This document shows, piece after piece, positions 61,582 to 64,000 of a DNA stretch of 64,000 bases. The position numbers and the translations under genes were made by a program. Position 1 is the stretch's first letter; every line of letters begins with the position of its first letter. The notes below the pieces were generated by a model that did no database searches, had not been told where the DNA came from, and saw only the letters and a program-made list of their open reading frames with translations. The stretch is from an uncultured Planctomycetaceae bacterium (GTDB lineage Bacteria > Planctomycetota > Planctomycetia > Planctomycetales > Planctomycetaceae), in assembly GCA_963813715.1 (NCBI GenBank), contig CAWFAK010000017.1:192001-256000 (forward strand). The letters run 5' to 3'.

Positions 61582-63408
61582 ATGATTGCTGCGACCGGAG
61601 CTTCAGTCGGGAACGACGCTCGAGTCGGCCGCCGCATCGTGCGCGCGCTGGGAGTTTCCGGCCTGCTCTGTTGTCAGGCCGTCCTACTGGCTTGGAGCGC
61701 CAGTCTTCACTCGCCGACGATCGACGAGGCGCGGTGGCTTCCGGCTGGCATCCGGCACTGGCAGACGGGGACCTTCGATACGGCGATCGTCAACCCACCG
61801 ACTGTGCGAATGTTAGCGGCCGCGCCTGTGGCCTGGGCTCTGACCGGCGAGAGACGCGACGACGCCCACCTGAATGATGGGGGCGATCTGGTTCGGAGAT
61901 ACGGCGCTCGATCCTTTTGGTTGTTCACTCTCGGAAGGTGGGCCTGCATTCCGATCAGCCTCGTCGGCGGATTTGTCTGTTATTCGTGGGCGCGGCGACT
62001 TTACGGGGCGGCGTCTGGATTTGTCGCGCTGACTCTATGGTGCTTCTGCCCGAACATCCTGGCCCATGGACAGTTGATCTCAAACGATTGCGCCGCGGCC
62101 GCGTTTGGTATCGCCGCGACTTACACGTTCTGGCGCTGGCTAAGACAGCCAACGTGGGGCCTGACATTCGCCGCGGGACTCGTCTTGGGTGTCGCCGAAT
62201 TGGCCAAGATGAGCTTGTTAATCTTGATCTTTGCCTTTCCCATTATGTGGGTCGTTTGGCGGTTGACGGGTGAGAAGAAGGACGGCCAGGTTGGATGGGC
62301 TCTTTCGACTGCTCAACTCTGCTGTATTTTGCTTTTGGCGCTAGACGTGCTTAACGCCGGCTATCTGTTCGAGGGAACTTGCCGACCCCTGAAAGAATTC
62401 CGTTTTATGAGCAAGTTTCTTGGCGGTCCCGACGCGCAAAACCAAGGCGGCGGCTACCGCTTTGCCGGATCATTGCTCGGGGAAGTGCCTGTTCCATTGC
62501 CGGAGAACTATGTTCGCGGTTTCGATGAAACAAAGCATCAATTGGAAGTCGGCAACCGCGTCCAGTTCTCTTATCTACGCGGCCAATGGGCGACCCGCGG
62601 GTGGTGGTACTTTTACCTCTACGCCCTCGCGATCAAGGTGCCCCTGGGGACTTGGTGCCTGCTGGCATTCTCAGCCGCGATGAGGTTCTCGAAGGTCGAC
62701 TCAATTGTCGCGTGGCGAGACGAGATGCTGCTTGTCGTTCCCCCCGTGCTCTTGCTGACGGTCGCAAGTTCGCAGCTAGGATTCACCGATCATTTTCGCT
62801 ACCTGCTCCCCATGCTGCCGTTCGCATTCGTCTGGATCAGTCGCATCGCCGCCATCGCCATCGTTCGTCCGCGGACGCTGGGCATCGCGGCAGCAGCGGC
62901 GTTAGCCTGGTCGGTGGGGAGCAGTCTGGCGATTTATCCGCACAGCCTGTCGTACTTCAACGAGCTCGTCGGTGGACCGAGCCGCGGACATTTTCATCTG
63001 CTAGGCAGCAACATCGACTACGGACAGGATCTTTTGTTCCTGAAGGATTGGTTAGACAAGCACCCCCAAGCCCGGCCCATGAAACTCGCGATCTGGAACA
63101 TGAGGACTGTCGATCCGGCAGTGGCTGGAATTGAGTACACCGTTGCACCTTCGGGACCTCCTCCCAACACGCCCCTAACCCCGGACTTGTCAACGAAGTT
63201 TGGCCCGCAGCCAGGCTGGTTTGCCGTGAACGTCAACGTGCTTCACGGTGACGACTGGCCGGGACGAGCAAGCGAGACGACCACCGGATACTATGGGTAC
63301 TTTCTGCAATTCACGCCCGTGGCCCGCGCGGGCTATTCAATTTACATCTACCACATCAATGCGACCGATACCGAGCGCTATTGGCATGACTCCACGATCG
63401 CACGTTGA
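61582..63408 (+). CDS. GT-C membrane glycosyltransferase (ArnT/PMT, GT39/83-like)
   Basis: HSPTIDE, NPP, PNILAHGQL..ND, LAK, YYALAIKVP-like WWYFYLYALAIKVP, RYLLP, LSYFNEL, SNIDYGQDL; many TM segments. Confidence 0.85.
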   Translation: MIAATGASVGNDARVGRRIVRALGVSGLLCCQAVLLAWSASLHSPTIDEARWLPAGIRHWQTGTFDTAIVNPPTVRMLAAAPVAWALTGERRDDAHLNDGGDLVRRYGARSFWLFTLGRWACIPISLVGGFVCYSWARRLYGAASGFVALTLWCFCPNILAHGQLISNDCAAAAFGIAATYTFWRWLRQPTWGLTFAAGLVLGVAELAKMSLLILIFAFPIMWVVWRLTGEKKDGQVGWALSTAQLCCILLLALDVLNAGYLFEGTCRPLKEFRFMSKFLGGPDAQNQGGGYRFAGSLLGEVPVPLPENYVRGFDETKHQLEVGNRVQFSYLRGQWATRGWWYFYLYALAIKVPLGTWCLLAFSAAMRFSKVDSIVAWRDEMLLVVPPVLLLTVASSQLGFTDHFRYLLPMLPFAFVWISRIAAIAIVRPRTLGIAAAAALAWSVGSSLAIYPHSLSYFNELVGGPSRGHFHLLGSNIDYGQDLLFLKDWLDKHPQARPMKLAIWNMRTVDPAVAGIEYTVAPSGPPPNTPLTPDLSTKFGPQPGWFAVNVNVLHGDDWPGRASETTTGYYGYFLQFTPVARAGYSIYIYHINATDTERYWHDSTIAR

Positions 63409-63830
63409 ATAGCGTCATCGGTGTGACAGCATCGGTTCGGCTTATTGCGAGATTCAACACGATCAAATGCTCATCGTGATCAGAATCATCCGCTTCTCAG
63501 TGATGTTTAGTTTACCCGCTTGCGAAGCTGTATACACCGCGACTCGTCGAGCTTGCGCTCAGATATCGCCCGAATGGCCTCGTCTTCTAGGGTGGACGCG
63601 AGCGTCGGCCCGGTCGCTACGTCGGTGCCACCATTTCAAAGCGAGCGTCTTTTTGACTGAGTGGTTGATCGCCATGACGACCGCGAACCTCCACATCGGT
63701 CGGCGTCTTTACCGACATTGGCGGTTCGCGAAAGGACGTGGCCTTGTTGACGCGCTGATCTCGTTGCCGTAAAGGTACTGTAGCGGTCTCGGACCGCGTC
63801 TCGTCCAGTTTCCGGGGGCCTCTGGAGAGG

Positions 63831-64000
63831 ATGGACGAAATGGATGCTCCGCGGTTGTCGATCGTGATTCCGGCGCTCAACGAGGAAGAGGCAATCGGTG
63901 ATACGATCCGACGTTGTCTCGCCGCACGGAACTACATTTGCGAATGCGCGGGACTGAGCGATGTCGAAGTGTTAGTCGTCAGCGACGGGTCGACCGATCG
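63831..64000 (+). CDS. Glycosyltransferase family 2, N-terminal part (runs off the window)
   Basis: LSIVIPALNEEEAIGDTI...EVLVVSDGSTD. Confidence 0.88.
   Translation, partial: MDEMDAPRLSIVIPALNEEEAIGDTIRRCLAARNYICECAGLSDVEVLVVSDGSTD

Noticed and set aside
1..64000. tRNA, rRNA, integrase or transposase genes
   Set aside because: None recognised by eye; tRNAscan-SE and HMM searches would be needed for a firm negative

Overview
GC-rich bacterial DNA, almost certainly from a planctomycete: it has a LENRTML-type Planctomycete export motif, a DUF1559 prepilin-like protein, and a zf-HC2/Ser-Thr kinase/LRR protein. About 20 otherwise intact genes are split by single frameshifts, most likely long-read consensus indels, so split ORFs are merged below. 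In order, the window holds: a secreted dioxygenase/EF-hand-PQQ-propeller/DUF3500 operon; two paralogous unknown genes sharing a 25-bp palindrome; a glycoside hydrolase-like gene; a ~2600-aa repeat adhesin; MarC; a TetR-linked oxidoreductase operon; an AT-richer two-gene cassette (R-S-E ADP-ribosyltransferase-like plus Cys-rich partner) beside an iteron-like repeat tract; a PAS kinase; and an FHA plus LRR receptor kinase pair. Next comes a ~19-kb thiol/oxidant-stress island: ECF sigma, STAS, anti-sigma, sigma54 activator, Met-rich lipoprotein, MsrQ/MsrP-like pair, RclA-like reductase, then secreted DinB, DUF2911, large secreted PIG-L deacetylase, SSS transporter and bacillithiol genes (half-size bshC, bshB1, bshA). 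The window ends with an amine oxidase, gene relics, and a DUF1559/redoxin plus FabF/ACP/glycosyltransferase cluster that runs off the end. Best candidates for a new system are (1) a putative extracytoplasmic bacillithiol conjugation/salvage module with a minimal BshC, (2) the ART plus Cys-rich cassette, and (3) a sigma54/ECF circuit whose promoters are readable in the DNA. No rRNA, tRNA, CRISPR array or intact transposase/integrase was recognised. All family calls come from motif reading by eye, not database searches.
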